Of a DNA stretch of 34,936 bases, positions 8,314-17,259 are shown piece by piece (within the stretch, counting starts at the first letter, position 1; each line of letters begins with the position of its first letter). The notes beneath the pieces are model-generated. The model searched no databases, had not been told where the DNA came from, and saw only the letters and a program-made list of their open reading frames with translations. A program made the position numbers and the translations under genes. Source of the stretch: Thermoplasmatota archaeon (GTDB taxonomy: Archaea; Thermoplasmatota; E2; UBA202; DSCA01); the NCBI GenBank assembly GCA_049975285.1, contig JBNGDQ010000002.1, positions 1 through 34,936 of the forward strand, read 5' to 3'.

Positions 8314-8859
8314 TTACTCGTCGAACACGAATATCGCGGCGGCGAGCACGGTCGTCCATTTACCGGCGGCACCGCGAGCTGACTGTGTCACGTTCCGCGA
8401 CCGGACGATGTGCCCGCTGAGCTGGTACTCCTGCTTTCGCTCGTCCCATGCCTTTTCCGGGTCGAAGTCCAGGCCGAGAGTCGTCGCGAGCATGGTGGCT
8501 GCCAGGTCCTCGGCGTAGTCGCCGGCCTGCTTGGCAGCCTCCCCAAAACTGTGGTATTCGGACAGGTAGCCGTAGAGGTCACGGTTGCGAGGCAGCGCCA
8601 TGCCTACCGAGGCGGCAATCTGGCGGTTTGCCTCGTTTGTAGCATTCTGGGACATCACGCAGAAGGTTATCTCGCCGGGTCGTATGTGTTTTTTGCCCTC
8701 CTCCGTGGATATTATCTTGCAGTTTGGGGGAACGATGCTGGAGACCTCAACGAGGTTGCAGACCTCGATGCCCGCGTTGCGCAACGCCAGCTCGAACGAC
8801 TGTAGCTTGTCTCGATGCCGGCCCACGCCTTTGGTGAGAAAGACTCGGTCAGGTATCAT
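8314..8859 (-). CDS. pdaD: Pyruvoyl-dependent arginine decarboxylase
   Basis: 181 aa: [47 protein letters not shown], with the self-cleavage Ser-Ser (VSSI). Full-length match to the PdaD family pattern. Confidence 0.9.
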   Translation of the reverse strand: MIPDRVFLTKGVGRHRDKLQSFELALRNAGIEVCNLVEVSSIVPPNCKIISTEEGKKHIRPGEITFCVMSQNATNEANRQIAASVGMALPRNRDLYGYLSEYHSFGEAAKQAGDYAEDLAATMLATTLGLDFDPEKAWDERKQEYQLSGHIVRSRNVTQSARGAAGKWTTVLAAAIFVFDE

Positions 8860-8880
8860 GCACCCTACATCACGAACGGA

Positions 8881-8890
8881 GCATAAAATC
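8881..8890 (-). promoter_or_regulatory. TATA-like box GATTTTATGC (minus strand) for pdaD
   Basis: Centred about 26 nt upstream of ATG 8859. Directly abuts the stop codon of the upstream Fe-S gene (8891-8893). Confidence 0.45.
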
Positions 8891-9895
8891 TTATCGCAGC
8901 CCCGCCGCGATGACCTGTGCCAGGTCGACGACGTCGCCGTGCCGCTTGAGGTGCAGGTAGCACTGCGGGGAAGCCGTCACCACGGTCGCGTTTTTCTCTG
9001 TTGCCTCAGCGAGCATCAGGCGCGCCATCTCGTCCGCCATGTCGGGGAATGCAGATTGAAACGCTATATCGCCGCCGCAGCATCCCGATAGCTCGTGGTG
9101 TTCATTGAATTCTTCAAAGCCTCCTGCACGCTGCAATAGTTCACGCGGCGCATCGTATATCTCCAGCTTTCGGCTCAGCACCGAGGAGTCGTGGTAGAGC
9201 AGGGTTCCATCGTATGGCTGCAATTCGATGTTCTGCTTGAGGAGGAACTCGCTGAGGTGCAGCAGTTCCACCTGGTCGGCGAGCGGCTGCAGGGCCAGCA
9301 GGCCGCTGGGGCAGCCTGTCACCAGGGTGTCGATGTCGTGGGAGGCGAGATGCTCCCGCACTTTTTCCAGCCTGGCGTTGTCTATGCCGATGACGTCGAG
9401 CGGGCTGCCGCAGCATCCCTCGATGACTGTTACATCGATGTCGAGATGATCGAAGATGGCAAGGGCTGCCTCGCGGAGCTCCGGGGCTCGATAGGTGGCG
9501 ACGCAGCCGGGGAAAAAGGCGATTGTGCCGCCCTCCGTGTCGGGCTGTTGTTCCTCGCCGTAGACGTTTCCATGCTTTTGGATACGATCGATGATGTCCT
9601 CATGTGAGGGCAACCACGTGGCCAGATCCCGTCGCGCCGTCTGGATGATGTCGCTGATGGGAATCCGGGATGGACAGTCCTGTTCGCATCGACCGCAGAG
9701 CGGGCAGCGCTGCAATGCCTCGACGAGTGATTGCTCCTCGTCGAGCTCGCCGGTGAGGAGGCCGTAGGAGAGGAACACCTTGCCGCGTCCGCTGTCCGCC
9801 TCGGTGCCGCCGATGTCCAGCGTGGGGCAGTTCTGCTTGCAGTAGCCGCAGCCGGTGCAGCACATGAGTTCATGTTTCATTTTTTCGAGATGCAT
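8891..9895 (-). CDS. Fe-S oxidoreductase, GlcF/HdrD-like (2x[4Fe-4S] ferredoxin motifs plus two CCG domains)
   Basis: [12 protein letters not shown] and [12 protein letters not shown] (CX2CX2CX3CP). CCG motifs EGCCGSP and SGCCGGD. The start is 4 nt downstream of the glcD-like stop. Confidence 0.75.
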   Translation of the reverse strand: MHLEKMKHELMCCTGCGYCKQNCPTLDIGGTEADSGRGKVFLSYGLLTGELDEEQSLVEALQRCPLCGRCEQDCPSRIPISDIIQTARRDLATWLPSHEDIIDRIQKHGNVYGEEQQPDTEGGTIAFFPGCVATYRAPELREAALAIFDHLDIDVTVIEGCCGSPLDVIGIDNARLEKVREHLASHDIDTLVTGCPSGLLALQPLADQVELLHLSEFLLKQNIELQPYDGTLLYHDSSVLSRKLEIYDAPRELLQRAGGFEEFNEHHELSGCCGGDIAFQSAFPDMADEMARLMLAEATEKNATVVTASPQCYLHLKRHGDVVDLAQVIAAGLR

Positions 9896-9899
9896 GGTA

Positions 9900-11318
9900 T
9901 CACGGGTACCTCAGATATTTGATGATGCTTCCCTGCCACTGCATGATCTTGCCCGGGTTCATGATGTTTTTCGGGTCGATGGCCTGCTTGATGGCATGCA
10001 TGAGTTTGAGGCTGTCCTGGCGCTCCTGCTGCATCCACGGCGCCTTGGAGATGCCGATGCCGTGTTCGCCGCTGACGGTGCCCTGGAGCTCGAGGACGGT
10101 GTGATAGATGCCGTCGACCGCTGCCTCGGCATGATCCCAGCTTCCCTCCTCGAGGGGATTGATGAGGACCTTGGTGTGGAGGTTGCCGTCGCCCGCGTGG
10201 CCGTAGGTGCCGACCAGGATGCCGTGCTCCTCGGCGATGTCCTGGAAGCGCTTGATTGCCACGGGTATCCGTGAGATGGGCACCGACATGTCGTCGGCCA
10301 GTGAGACGGAGACGGAGTCCTCGCCGTAGCGTGATAGTGATGGAAGCACGCTCTTGCGGCCCTGCCACAGGGACGCCATTTCCTCTTTTTTATGGGTGAA
10401 GTCGACGCGGGTGGCGCCGCTCTCCCGGCAGATGTCCGCGATGGCCTCGATATCCTGTTTTATGACTGCTTCGTCTCCATCCACCTCGGCCAGGATGATG
10501 GCGTCGCAGTCGGGTAGCCCGGTACCGGTTGCCTTGTTGACGGCCCGGATGCACACGCGGTCCATGATCTCCAGGCCGGAGGGCTGCAGTCCCGAGGCGA
10601 CGATGTTGGAGATGCCCTGACCAGCCTGCTCGATGTCGTCGAACGAGGCGATGGCGATGGCGCGCTTTTTGGGCAGTGGGAGCAGGCGAAGCGTTATCTT
10701 GGTGATGACGCCCAGGGTGCCCTCGCTGCCTACCATGAGTTTTTCCAGCTGGTAGCCGGATGAGTTCTTTATGGTCCGCGTCCCCATGTGGGCGATGGAG
10801 CCGTCGGGTAACACGACTTCGAGTCCGAGGACGTAGTCCCGGGTGGCGCCGTACTTGATGGCACGCATCCCGGATGCATTGCAGGCGACCATGCCGCCGA
10901 TGGTGCAGACGTCGCTGCTGCCGGGCGATGGTGGAAAAAAGAATTTTTTTGGTGCCAGCTGCTGGTTGAGCTTCGCGTATATCACGCCGGGCTCGACGAC
11001 GCAGTACAGGTCTTCCACGTTGACCTCGAGCACCCTGTCCATGGCCGACAGGTCTAGCACAATGCCGCCCTGTATCGGCACGGCCTGGCCGGACAGTCCG
11101 GTCCCGGAGCCCCGGGCAACAACGGGTATCTCATGTTCATCGGCGATCTTCACGATGGCGCTGACCTCCTCCGTGCTGCGGGGCTGCACGACCACGTCGG
11201 GCGTCCGGTGATGTATCGAGGCGTCGAATCCATATGCATAGAGGCCGGCCGGCGACGTGATCAGCCGCTCGTCGGGGATGACCTGCCGGATGGCGTCCAT
11301 AACCTGGCTGGAAAGCAT
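9900..11318 (-). CDS. FAD-linked oxidase, GlcD / D-lactate dehydrogenase family
   Basis: PCMH-type FAD-binding domain (VVARGSGTGLSGQAVP) and a C-terminal FAD-oxidase domain (GTVSGEHGIGISK, IDPKNIMNPGK). ATG 11318 (MLSSQVMDAIRQV) is preferred over the track start 11366 because of the TATA spacing. Confidence 0.8.
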   Translation of the reverse strand: MLSSQVMDAIRQVIPDERLITSPAGLYAYGFDASIHHRTPDVVVQPRSTEEVSAIVKIADEHEIPVVARGSGTGLSGQAVPIQGGIVLDLSAMDRVLEVNVEDLYCVVEPGVIYAKLNQQLAPKKFFFPPSPGSSDVCTIGGMVACNASGMRAIKYGATRDYVLGLEVVLPDGSIAHMGTRTIKNSSGYQLEKLMVGSEGTLGVITKITLRLLPLPKKRAIAIASFDDIEQAGQGISNIVASGLQPSGLEIMDRVCIRAVNKATGTGLPDCDAIILAEVDGDEAVIKQDIEAIADICRESGATRVDFTHKKEEMASLWQGRKSVLPSLSRYGEDSVSVSLADDMSVPISRIPVAIKRFQDIAEEHGILVGTYGHAGDGNLHTKVLINPLEEGSWDHAEAAVDGIYHTVLELQGTVSGEHGIGISKAPWMQQERQDSLKLMHAIKQAIDPKNIMNPGKIMQWQGSIIKYLRYP

Positions 11319-11335
11319 GGATGGGAAATATGCGG

Positions 11336-11347
11336 GATATTTTAAGC
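11336..11347 (-). promoter_or_regulatory. TATA-like box GCTTAAAATATC (minus strand) for the glcD-like operon
   Basis: Centred about 24 nt upstream of ATG 11318, in the 72-bp divergent intergenic region. Confidence 0.45.
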
Positions 11348-11358
11348 ATTGCCCAACC

Positions 11359-11374
11359 AAAAACATTTAACAAA
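11359..11374 (+). promoter_or_regulatory. TATA-like box AAAAACATTTAACAAA for lysS
   Basis: Centred about 25 nt upstream of ATG 11391. Confidence 0.45.
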
Positions 11375-11390
11375 CAGGGTATTTCAGCCT

Positions 11391-12932
11391 ATGCACTGGG
11401 CAGATGTCACGGCACGGGAGTTGCTGCAGCGTGGTGACAGCCACGTTCTCGCCACGGCGATTACGCCGTCGGGTCCCATCCACGTGGGCAACATGCGGGA
11501 GGTGCTGACCACGGAGGCCGTCTACCGTGCGGTCGTCGATGCCGGCGGCCGGGCGGAGCTCATCTACATTGGCGACACGTTCGACCCGCTGCGGAAGGTC
11601 TACCCCTTTCTGCCCGACAGCTACGAGCAATACGTTGGTCAACCGCTCAGCGAGATACCCTGCCCCTGCGGCGGTCATGACAGCTACGCCCAGCATTTTT
11701 TGCAGCCGTTCCTGTCGTCCCTGGAGGAACTCGGGGTGGCCCCGACGGTGCACCTCGCCCATGAGCTCTACCGGCGGGGCGCCTACAACGACGCAATCCA
11801 TGCGGCGCTCGACCACGCCGACGACATCCGCCGGATTCTGAACAGCGTGGCGAGTCGAGACCTGCCGGCGGGATGGATGCCGTTCACGGTGCGCTGCCCT
11901 GATTGCGGCAGGCTCGCCGGCGAGGTGACCGCCTATGACTGGCCTCACGTAGAATATAAATGTGCTGTCTGCGGCGAGGAGGGGACGGTCAACGTGGAGG
12001 ATGGCGGTGTGGGCAAGCTTCCCTGGCGGGTTGACTGGCCGGCGCGCTGGAAGATGTTCGACGTCACCTTCGAGGCGTTCGGGAAGGACCATGCCGCCGC
12101 CGGTGGCTCCTGGGATACCGGCCAGGCCATCATCCGGGATGTGTTTGATCATGCGGCGCCGATGCCGCTGGTCTACGAGTTCATCCATCTCAAGGGACAG
12201 GGCGCCATGCATGGTTCGACCGGGACAGCCATCGCGGCGGAGGATATGCTCCAGATGACGCCGCCGGAGGTGCTCCGCTTTCTGCTCATGAAATCAGAGC
12301 CGTCGCGGCACATTGAGTTCGACGCGGGTTTCGGGCTGCTCGACCTCGTCGACGAGTACGACCGCTACGAGCGCGCCTACTACGGCGAGGAGGACGCGGA
12401 GCTCAAGGAAGGCACGCGTATCTACGAGCTGTCGCAGCCCTCCTGGACGCCGTCGGAGCATCTCCCGGTGCAGGTGCCCTACCGGCATCTGGTGACCGTG
12501 GTGCAGATCGCCGATGACTTCGACGGCATGCTGGCCATCCTGCGGCGCAACGGAGAAATCGACCAGCTGAGCGACTATGACCGGCAAAAGCTCCAGGAGC
12601 GCTGGGAGAAGGTCAGCTACTGGCTCGAGCATTTTGCTCCCGATGAGGTACAGTTCGAGGTGCAGGATACGCTGCCCGACGCTGAGCTCTCGGCAGATCA
12701 GCAGCGCTTTTTTGCGACGCTGAGCGAAAAGATGCAGGATATCTCCTGGGATGCGGAGACCATTCATCAGACTATCTACGATGCAGCTGAGGAGCATAAT
12801 CTTTCAGCCGGTGCTGCGTTCCGTGCATTGTATCTCATCCTGCTCGGGCAGAAGAAGGGTCCCCGGGCTGGCTACTTCATTCATTCACTCGGCAGGGATT
12901 TCATGCTGCAGCGCCTCCGCGAGGCGGCGTGA
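11391..12932 (+). CDS. lysS: Lysine--tRNA ligase, class I (archaeal type)
   Basis: MHWADVTARELL...ITPSGPIHVGNMREV (HIGH-type motif), FEAFGKDH, and a class I LysRS C-terminal helical domain. The track start 11349 is a TTG. ATG 11391 fits family N-termini and the TATA spacing. Confidence 0.9.
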   Translation: MHWADVTARELLQRGDSHVLATAITPSGPIHVGNMREVLTTEAVYRAVVDAGGRAELIYIGDTFDPLRKVYPFLPDSYEQYVGQPLSEIPCPCGGHDSYAQHFLQPFLSSLEELGVAPTVHLAHELYRRGAYNDAIHAALDHADDIRRILNSVASRDLPAGWMPFTVRCPDCGRLAGEVTAYDWPHVEYKCAVCGEEGTVNVEDGGVGKLPWRVDWPARWKMFDVTFEAFGKDHAAAGGSWDTGQAIIRDVFDHAAPMPLVYEFIHLKGQGAMHGSTGTAIAAEDMLQMTPPEVLRFLLMKSEPSRHIEFDAGFGLLDLVDEYDRYERAYYGEEDAELKEGTRIYELSQPSWTPSEHLPVQVPYRHLVTVVQIADDFDGMLAILRRNGEIDQLSDYDRQKLQERWEKVSYWLEHFAPDEVQFEVQDTLPDAELSADQQRFFATLSEKMQDISWDAETIHQTIYDAAEEHNLSAGAAFRALYLILLGQKKGPRAGYFIHSLGRDFMLQRLREAA

Positions 12933-12940
12933 TGGCAACC

Positions 12941-12954
12941 TATTTATAAAAAAT
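12941..12954 (+). promoter_or_regulatory. TATA box TATTTATAAAAAAT for hmgA
   Basis: Centred about 22 nt upstream of ATG 12969, within the 36-bp gap after lysS. Confidence 0.5.
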
Positions 12955-12968
12955 GGGGCTTTTCCAGC

Positions 12969-14219
12969 ATGGAGAAAACGTCACGTATCTCCGGGTTTTA
13001 TAAGCTCCCCGTCGAGGAGCGCATCAAAAAGGTGCAGGCGTTCGCCGGCCTGACCGACGAGGAGGCAGCCATGCTCCGCTCGATGCAGGGGCTGGATGCC
13101 GGCACGGCCGACCGGTTGATAGAAAACGTCATCGGAACCATGCAGCTTCCCCTCGGCATCGCCACTAACTTCACGGTCAACGGAAAAGACTACCTCATCC
13201 CCATGGCCATCGAGGAGACCTCTGTCGTCGCAGCCGCCTCAAACGGAGCCAAGCGCGCCCGCGTCAAGGGAGGATTCACCGCCACCGCGACCGACCCGGT
13301 CATGATTGGACAGATACAGGTGCTCAACCCAGACAGCGATGCCGCAGATGCAATCATGCAGCACAAAGATGACATCCTTGAACTGGCCAACGCTCAGGAC
13401 AAGGTGCTCGTCCGGCTGGGCGGCGGCGCCCGGGACGTCGAGGTGCGCGACATAGGCCACGACATGCTCGTCGTTCATCTCCTCGTCGACGTCAGGGATG
13501 CAATGGGGGCCAACGCGGTCAACACCATGGCCGAGGCATGCGCGCCGCTCATCGAGGATATAACTGGCGGGACGGCACGGCTGCGTATCATCTCCAACCT
13601 GGCAGACCAACGTCTCGTAAAAGCGAAGGCTGTCTTTGACCGGGAGGCGCTCGGCGGCGAAGCCGTCGTCGACCACATCCTGGAGGCCTACGAGTTCGCG
13701 GCCCGTGATCCATATCGGGCGGCGACGCACAACAAGGGCATCATGAACGGCATCGACGCGGTGGTCATCGCTACGGGCAACGACTGGCGAGCCATCGAAG
13801 CCGGCGCGCACTCCTATGCAGCAAAGGATGGCTACGGCCCGCTGACCCATTACGAGAAAAACATGGATGGCGACCTGGTGGGTAGCATCGAGCTGCCCCT
13901 CGCCATCGGGACGGTCGGCGGTACCACCAGGATTCATCCCATGGCTCAGCTGACTCTCAAGATTCTGGGTGTGGAGTCAGCGCAGGAACTCGCACAGGTC
14001 ATCGCTGCTGTGGGACTGTCGCAGAACTTTGCCGCGCTGCACGCCCTCGCCACAAAAGGCATCCAGCAGGGCCATATGCGCCTGCATGCCAAGAACATCG
14101 CCGTGATGGCTGGCGCCACTGGCGACGAGATCGACGTGGTGGCACGGCGTATGGTTGAAGAGGGAGCCGTGAAAATGGACCGCGCCGAGGAAATCCTCGC
14201 GGAGCTCCGTTCTGCCTAG
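12969..14219 (+). CDS. hmgA: Hydroxymethylglutaryl-CoA reductase, class II
   Basis: Class II signatures: [100 protein letters not shown]. Confidence 0.9.
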   Translation: MEKTSRISGFYKLPVEERIKKVQAFAGLTDEEAAMLRSMQGLDAGTADRLIENVIGTMQLPLGIATNFTVNGKDYLIPMAIEETSVVAAASNGAKRARVKGGFTATATDPVMIGQIQVLNPDSDAADAIMQHKDDILELANAQDKVLVRLGGGARDVEVRDIGHDMLVVHLLVDVRDAMGANAVNTMAEACAPLIEDITGGTARLRIISNLADQRLVKAKAVFDREALGGEAVVDHILEAYEFAARDPYRAATHNKGIMNGIDAVVIATGNDWRAIEAGAHSYAAKDGYGPLTHYEKNMDGDLVGSIELPLAIGTVGGTTRIHPMAQLTLKILGVESAQELAQVIAAVGLSQNFAALHALATKGIQQGHMRLHAKNIAVMAGATGDEIDVVARRMVEEGAVKMDRAEEILAELRSA

Positions 14220-14998
14220 CGGATGCACCGGGACAGCCAGGATACTACAAGCACCACCACGAATGATAAGGCGTAGGCAGCCAGCGTTCCCCAGCCGATA
14301 TCAAGCTCCGGGTACAGCAGATGGACAGCCACGCTAAATCCGACAGTGGTCAGCGAACCCAGCATCATGGACTTGGCCATGGCTCCGGCAAACCGGGCGC
14401 CATGCTCGTAGACGAAGATGGTCATCGTCGAGGTGAAGATAGCCGGAAACACGGAGAAAATACCGGATATAGCGGCGCCGACGTTGGAGAGAAGCACCGC
14501 AATCGCGATGACGGTGCCCGCCAGCAGTCCCCGGAACAGGATTTTCTGCCAGGTGTAGCGGACCTTTATCGGGCTGCGCGACGGCACTTTTTTCCACAGC
14601 TCCAGAAACAAAAACGAGGGTATCATCAACGCCAGGTAGATGGCAAGCGACAGCCACACGTTTTCAATCGCTCCCAGGTACAACCCGGCTGACAGCAGCG
14701 CCCATACGCCCAGCGAGATGGTCAAGGCAAAGGGCAGCGAGCGATAGGCAGCCACGGAGAACACAGCGAGAAAGAGAATGTTGATACCCATCTCCGCCGG
14801 CACGACCACAGCTGCATCGGCGGCGAAGGCGGCACCACGGTTGATGCCAATGAAGACCATCGCGACGGCCAGATTGGTGGGCAGCGTCCCGATGATACCG
14901 CCCACCTTGGTGCCGTAACGCTCCGCGACCAGCGTGATGATTATCACCACGGCGGCGGACAGCGAAAACGGGATGACGACCTGGGTGAGCCAGTCCAT
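14216..14998 (-). CDS. Integral membrane protein of unknown function with an internal two-fold repeat
   Basis: About 8 TM helices. The two halves align: [38 protein letters not shown] versus [41 protein letters not shown] 14998 (MDWLTQ) is preferred. ATG 15028 or TTG 15052 remain possible. Confidence 0.5.
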   Translation of the reverse strand: MDWLTQVVIPFSLSAAVVIIITLVAERYGTKVGGIIGTLPTNLAVAMVFIGINRGAAFAADAAVVVPAEMGINILFLAVFSVAAYRSLPFALTISLGVWALLSAGLYLGAIENVWLSLAIYLALMIPSFLFLELWKKVPSRSPIKVRYTWQKILFRGLLAGTVIAIAVLLSNVGAAISGIFSVFPAIFTSTMTIFVYEHGARFAGAMAKSMMLGSLTTVGFSVAVHLLYPELDIGWGTLAAYALSFVVVLVVSWLSRCIR

Positions 14999-15017
14999 GG
15001 CAGGGGATACACCGACG

Positions 15018-15026
15018 GTATAAAAC
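15018..15026 (-). promoter_or_regulatory. TATA-like box GTTTTATAC (minus strand) for the membrane-protein gene
   Basis: Centred about 24 nt upstream of ATG 14998. Confidence 0.4.
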
Positions 15027-15068
15027 ATGCTCGCATCAGGGGCAAGCAGCAAACGAAAAGAGAAAAAG

Positions 15069-15075
15069 CATTAAG
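15069..15075 (+). promoter_or_regulatory. TATA-like box CATTAAG for the EamA transporter gene
   Basis: Same CATTAA core as the boxes at 1613, 1643 and 17232. Centred about 24 nt upstream of ATG 15096. Confidence 0.4.
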
Positions 15076-15095
15076 TGGCAATGGTTTTACCATCG

Positions 15096-15974
15096 ATGAA
15101 ACGGGCTCACGCTGCGCTCTTCATTGCCATCCTATCGGTATCCTTTGCAGCCGTGCTGATAATCTCGACTGAGGCGGAGCCGCTCACCATCGCGTTGTAT
15201 CGCATGTTGTTCACGACACTGCTGCTCAGCCCGTTCTTTGTCCTCAAGCGCTACCGCCGAGAGCTGGTGGGGCTGGCCCGCAGTGACCTGCTCGTCCTTG
15301 GAGGCATCGGCGTGGTGCTGGCGGCGCATTTCTCCTTCTGGATTACCTCGCTGGACTATACTTCGGTGGCGAGCTCCGTTATCCTGGTGACTGCTCATCC
15401 GGTACTTGTGGCGCCGCTGGCCTACTATTTTTTCCGTGAACAGGTATCCCGGGTCAACGTTGGGGGGATAGCGCTCTCGCTGCTCGGTGTCGCGGTGCTC
15501 GTCGGCGGCAACTATAACCTGGAGGCTGCCACGCTTGAGGGTAACATCCTGGCCATGCTGGGGGGTGCCGCTGCCGGGGTATACATTCTGGGCGGCCGGC
15601 GGATGCGTCATACGCTGTCGACGCCGGTCTACGCGTTGGTTGTCTACGGCGTTGCCACGGTCACGCTGGTGGGCATTGTTGTAGTGGCTGGCGCTCAGTT
15701 GACGGGTATCGGGGCCCGCAATTATGGCCTCATCCTGGTTATGGCGCTGGTCCCGGGTATCTTTGGGCATACGCTGTACAATTGGGCGTTGAAGTATGTC
15801 CGGGCCTCCGTTGCGTCTGTGTCGCTGCTGGGGGAGCCGCTGGGGTCGACGTTGCTTGCCTTTGCCCTGCCCTGGATTCGTCAGGTGCCCTCCTGGTTCA
15901 CGGTGGTCGGCGGTGGCTGTATCCTGTTCGGTATCTACCTGGCATCCCGGGCAGTCCAGCCAGAGCCTTTATAA
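15096..15974 (+). CDS. EamA/DMT-superfamily transporter
   Basis: 10 predicted TM helices in two EamA-like halves. Start ATG 15096 (MKRAHAALFIAILSV) is chosen on TATA spacing. GTG 15075 or ATG 15081 remain possible. Confidence 0.7.
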   Translation: MKRAHAALFIAILSVSFAAVLIISTEAEPLTIALYRMLFTTLLLSPFFVLKRYRRELVGLARSDLLVLGGIGVVLAAHFSFWITSLDYTSVASSVILVTAHPVLVAPLAYYFFREQVSRVNVGGIALSLLGVAVLVGGNYNLEAATLEGNILAMLGGAAAGVYILGGRRMRHTLSTPVYALVVYGVATVTLVGIVVVAGAQLTGIGARNYGLILVMALVPGIFGHTLYNWALKYVRASVASVSLLGEPLGSTLLAFALPWIRQVPSWFTVVGGGCILFGIYLASRAVQPEPL

Positions 15975-15977
15975 ATC
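15967..15977 (+). promoter_or_regulatory. TATA box CTTTATAAATC for the epimerase gene
   Basis: Contains the EamA stop TAA (15972-15974). Centred about 28 nt upstream of ATG 16000. Confidence 0.45.
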
Positions 15978-15999
15978 ATGTGTGCTTTACGGAAAAATA

Positions 16000-16938
16000 A
16001 TGCGTGTGGGGATTACGGGTGCTGCCGGCTATTTCGGCCGGAAAATCATCGCCCGCCTGGAGGAAAACGACAGCGTCGACCGCGTCATCGGCATCTCCCG
16101 GCGGCCGTGGCAGCATTCCTTTGAGAAGCTCGACTATCATCGCCTCGACGTCCGAAGCGATACGCTGCCGAAATTGTTCGCTTCAAACGGGGTGGATACC
16201 GTGATACATCTCGCGTTCATGTTGAACCCCATCCACGACGAGCGGGAGATGCACGACATCAATGTCAACGGGACCAGAAACGTGCTGGCCGCGGCAGCAG
16301 AAGCCGGCGTAAAAAAGGTGCTCATGAGCAGCAGCACGACGGTGTACGGCGCCTGGCCGGACAACCCCCGGCGGCTGACGGAGCAGGATCCCCGCCGTGG
16401 AAAGGAGAGCCGCTACTATTACGCCCGGGACAAGGTCCGGCTGGAAGAGCTCTGCCAGGCATGGAAACAGGAGCATCCCGAGGTCATCGTGACCACGCTC
16501 CGCCCCTGCCTCGTCCTGGGACCTACGGTGGACCAGTTCTACTCTCGGCTGCTCAACTGGCGGATGCTGCCCCTGGTGAGCAGCGAGAACCCGGAGATAC
16601 AGTTCGTGCACGAGGACGACGTCGCCCGCGCGTTTGAGCACTTCACCGTGGAGGACATCGGCGGGGTGTTCAACATCGTCGGCGAGGGAGCCATGCACTG
16701 GCGGGACATCATCGAGACAGCCGGTGTCCGCCCGATAAAGGTCCCCCGGGCCGTACTGTCCCCGCTGCTCCGGCTGGCCTGGTGGCTCCACCTGATAGAA
16801 GTGCCCCCGGCCATCATCGACTTCATCCAGTATCCCTGGGTGGCTGCAGGTGACAAAGCCAAAAAAGCTGGCTTCATACCCCGGTACAGCACCCGGAAAA
16901 CCCTGACTGCCTTCCTGGAAGCAAAGAAAAACTTTTAG
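16000..16938 (+). CDS. NAD-dependent epimerase/dehydratase (extended SDR)
   Basis: MRVGITGAAGYFGRKII (GxxGxxG Rossmann motif) and catalytic YxxxK in YYYARDK. The upstream in-frame extension to 15796 overlaps the EamA gene. Confidence 0.75.
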   Translation: MRVGITGAAGYFGRKIIARLEENDSVDRVIGISRRPWQHSFEKLDYHRLDVRSDTLPKLFASNGVDTVIHLAFMLNPIHDEREMHDINVNGTRNVLAAAAEAGVKKVLMSSSTTVYGAWPDNPRRLTEQDPRRGKESRYYYARDKVRLEELCQAWKQEHPEVIVTTLRPCLVLGPTVDQFYSRLLNWRMLPLVSSENPEIQFVHEDDVARAFEHFTVEDIGGVFNIVGEGAMHWRDIIETAGVRPIKVPRAVLSPLLRLAWWLHLIEVPPAIIDFIQYPWVAAGDKAKKAGFIPRYSTRKTLTAFLEAKKNF

Positions 16939-16941
16939 TAT
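16932..16941 (+). promoter_or_regulatory. TATA-like box CTTTTAGTAT for tRNA-Pro
   Basis: Contains the epimerase stop TAG (16936-16938). Centred about 31 nt upstream of the mature tRNA 5' end. Confidence 0.4.
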
Positions 16942-16967
16942 CCAGAGTCCCTTACATCTCCCCATAT

Positions 16968-17040
16968 GGGCCCGTAGGGTAGCTTGGAATCCTTCCAGCA
17001 TGGGGCGCTGGTAACTCGAGTTCAAATCTCGACGGGCCCA
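16968..17040 (+). tRNA. tRNA-Pro, anticodon GGG; no intron and no encoded CCA
   Basis: Hand-folded cloverleaf. Acceptor GGGCCCG/CGGGCCC plus discriminator A. D arm GGGT-AGCTTGGAA-TCCT. Anticodon stem CCAGC/GCTGG with loop AT-GGG-GC. 4-nt variable loop. T arm TCGAG-TTCAAAT-CTCGA. Confidence 0.9.
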
Positions 17041-17041
17041 C

Positions 17042-17224
17042 TCATTCTTTCGGCATCAGATACGGGATGCCCTCTCGGATGTCATACTCAACATCGCACG
17101 CGGAGCAGTGCAGCGTCCCCGTCCATATCTCTCCATCCTTCTCCCAAGCGTCATGGAGGGAAAGCTCACCGTGACAGGTCGGGCAGCGCAGCAATTCCAG
17201 ATACTTCTCCTGCATCACATCCAT
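17042..17224 (-). CDS. trm112: Trm112-family zinc-ribbon protein (methyltransferase activator)
   Basis: 60 aa: LLRCPTCHGEL...LHCSACDVEYDIREGIPYLMP, the typical Trm112/DUF343 pattern. Its stop codon 17042-17044 lies 1 nt from the tRNA 3' end. Confidence 0.75.
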   Translation of the reverse strand: MDVMQEKYLELLRCPTCHGELSLHDAWEKDGEIWTGTLHCSACDVEYDIREGIPYLMPKE

Positions 17225-17254
17225 ATAAACACATTAAAATAAAAAGGTGTTTAT
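17225..17254. promoter_or_regulatory. Perfect 8-bp inverted repeat ATAAACAC-N14-GTGTTTAT filling the trm112/truA divergent intergenic region
   Basis: Arms at 17225-17232 and 17247-17254 flank the AT-rich core ATTAAAATAAAAAG. The whole intergenic region is only 35 bp (17225-17259). Confidence 0.5.
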
Positions 17255-17259
17255 CGCTC

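Noticed and set aside
16984-17259. A 5' extension of the truA ORF. Analogous extensions occur at 1522-1671, 15796-15999, 30022-30123, 31990-32322 and 18870-18908.
   Set aside because: The extensions run through a tRNA gene, through other well-supported genes or through TATA boxes. They have shadow-like composition. Family-typical N-termini with proper promoter spacing start at the downstream ATGs.
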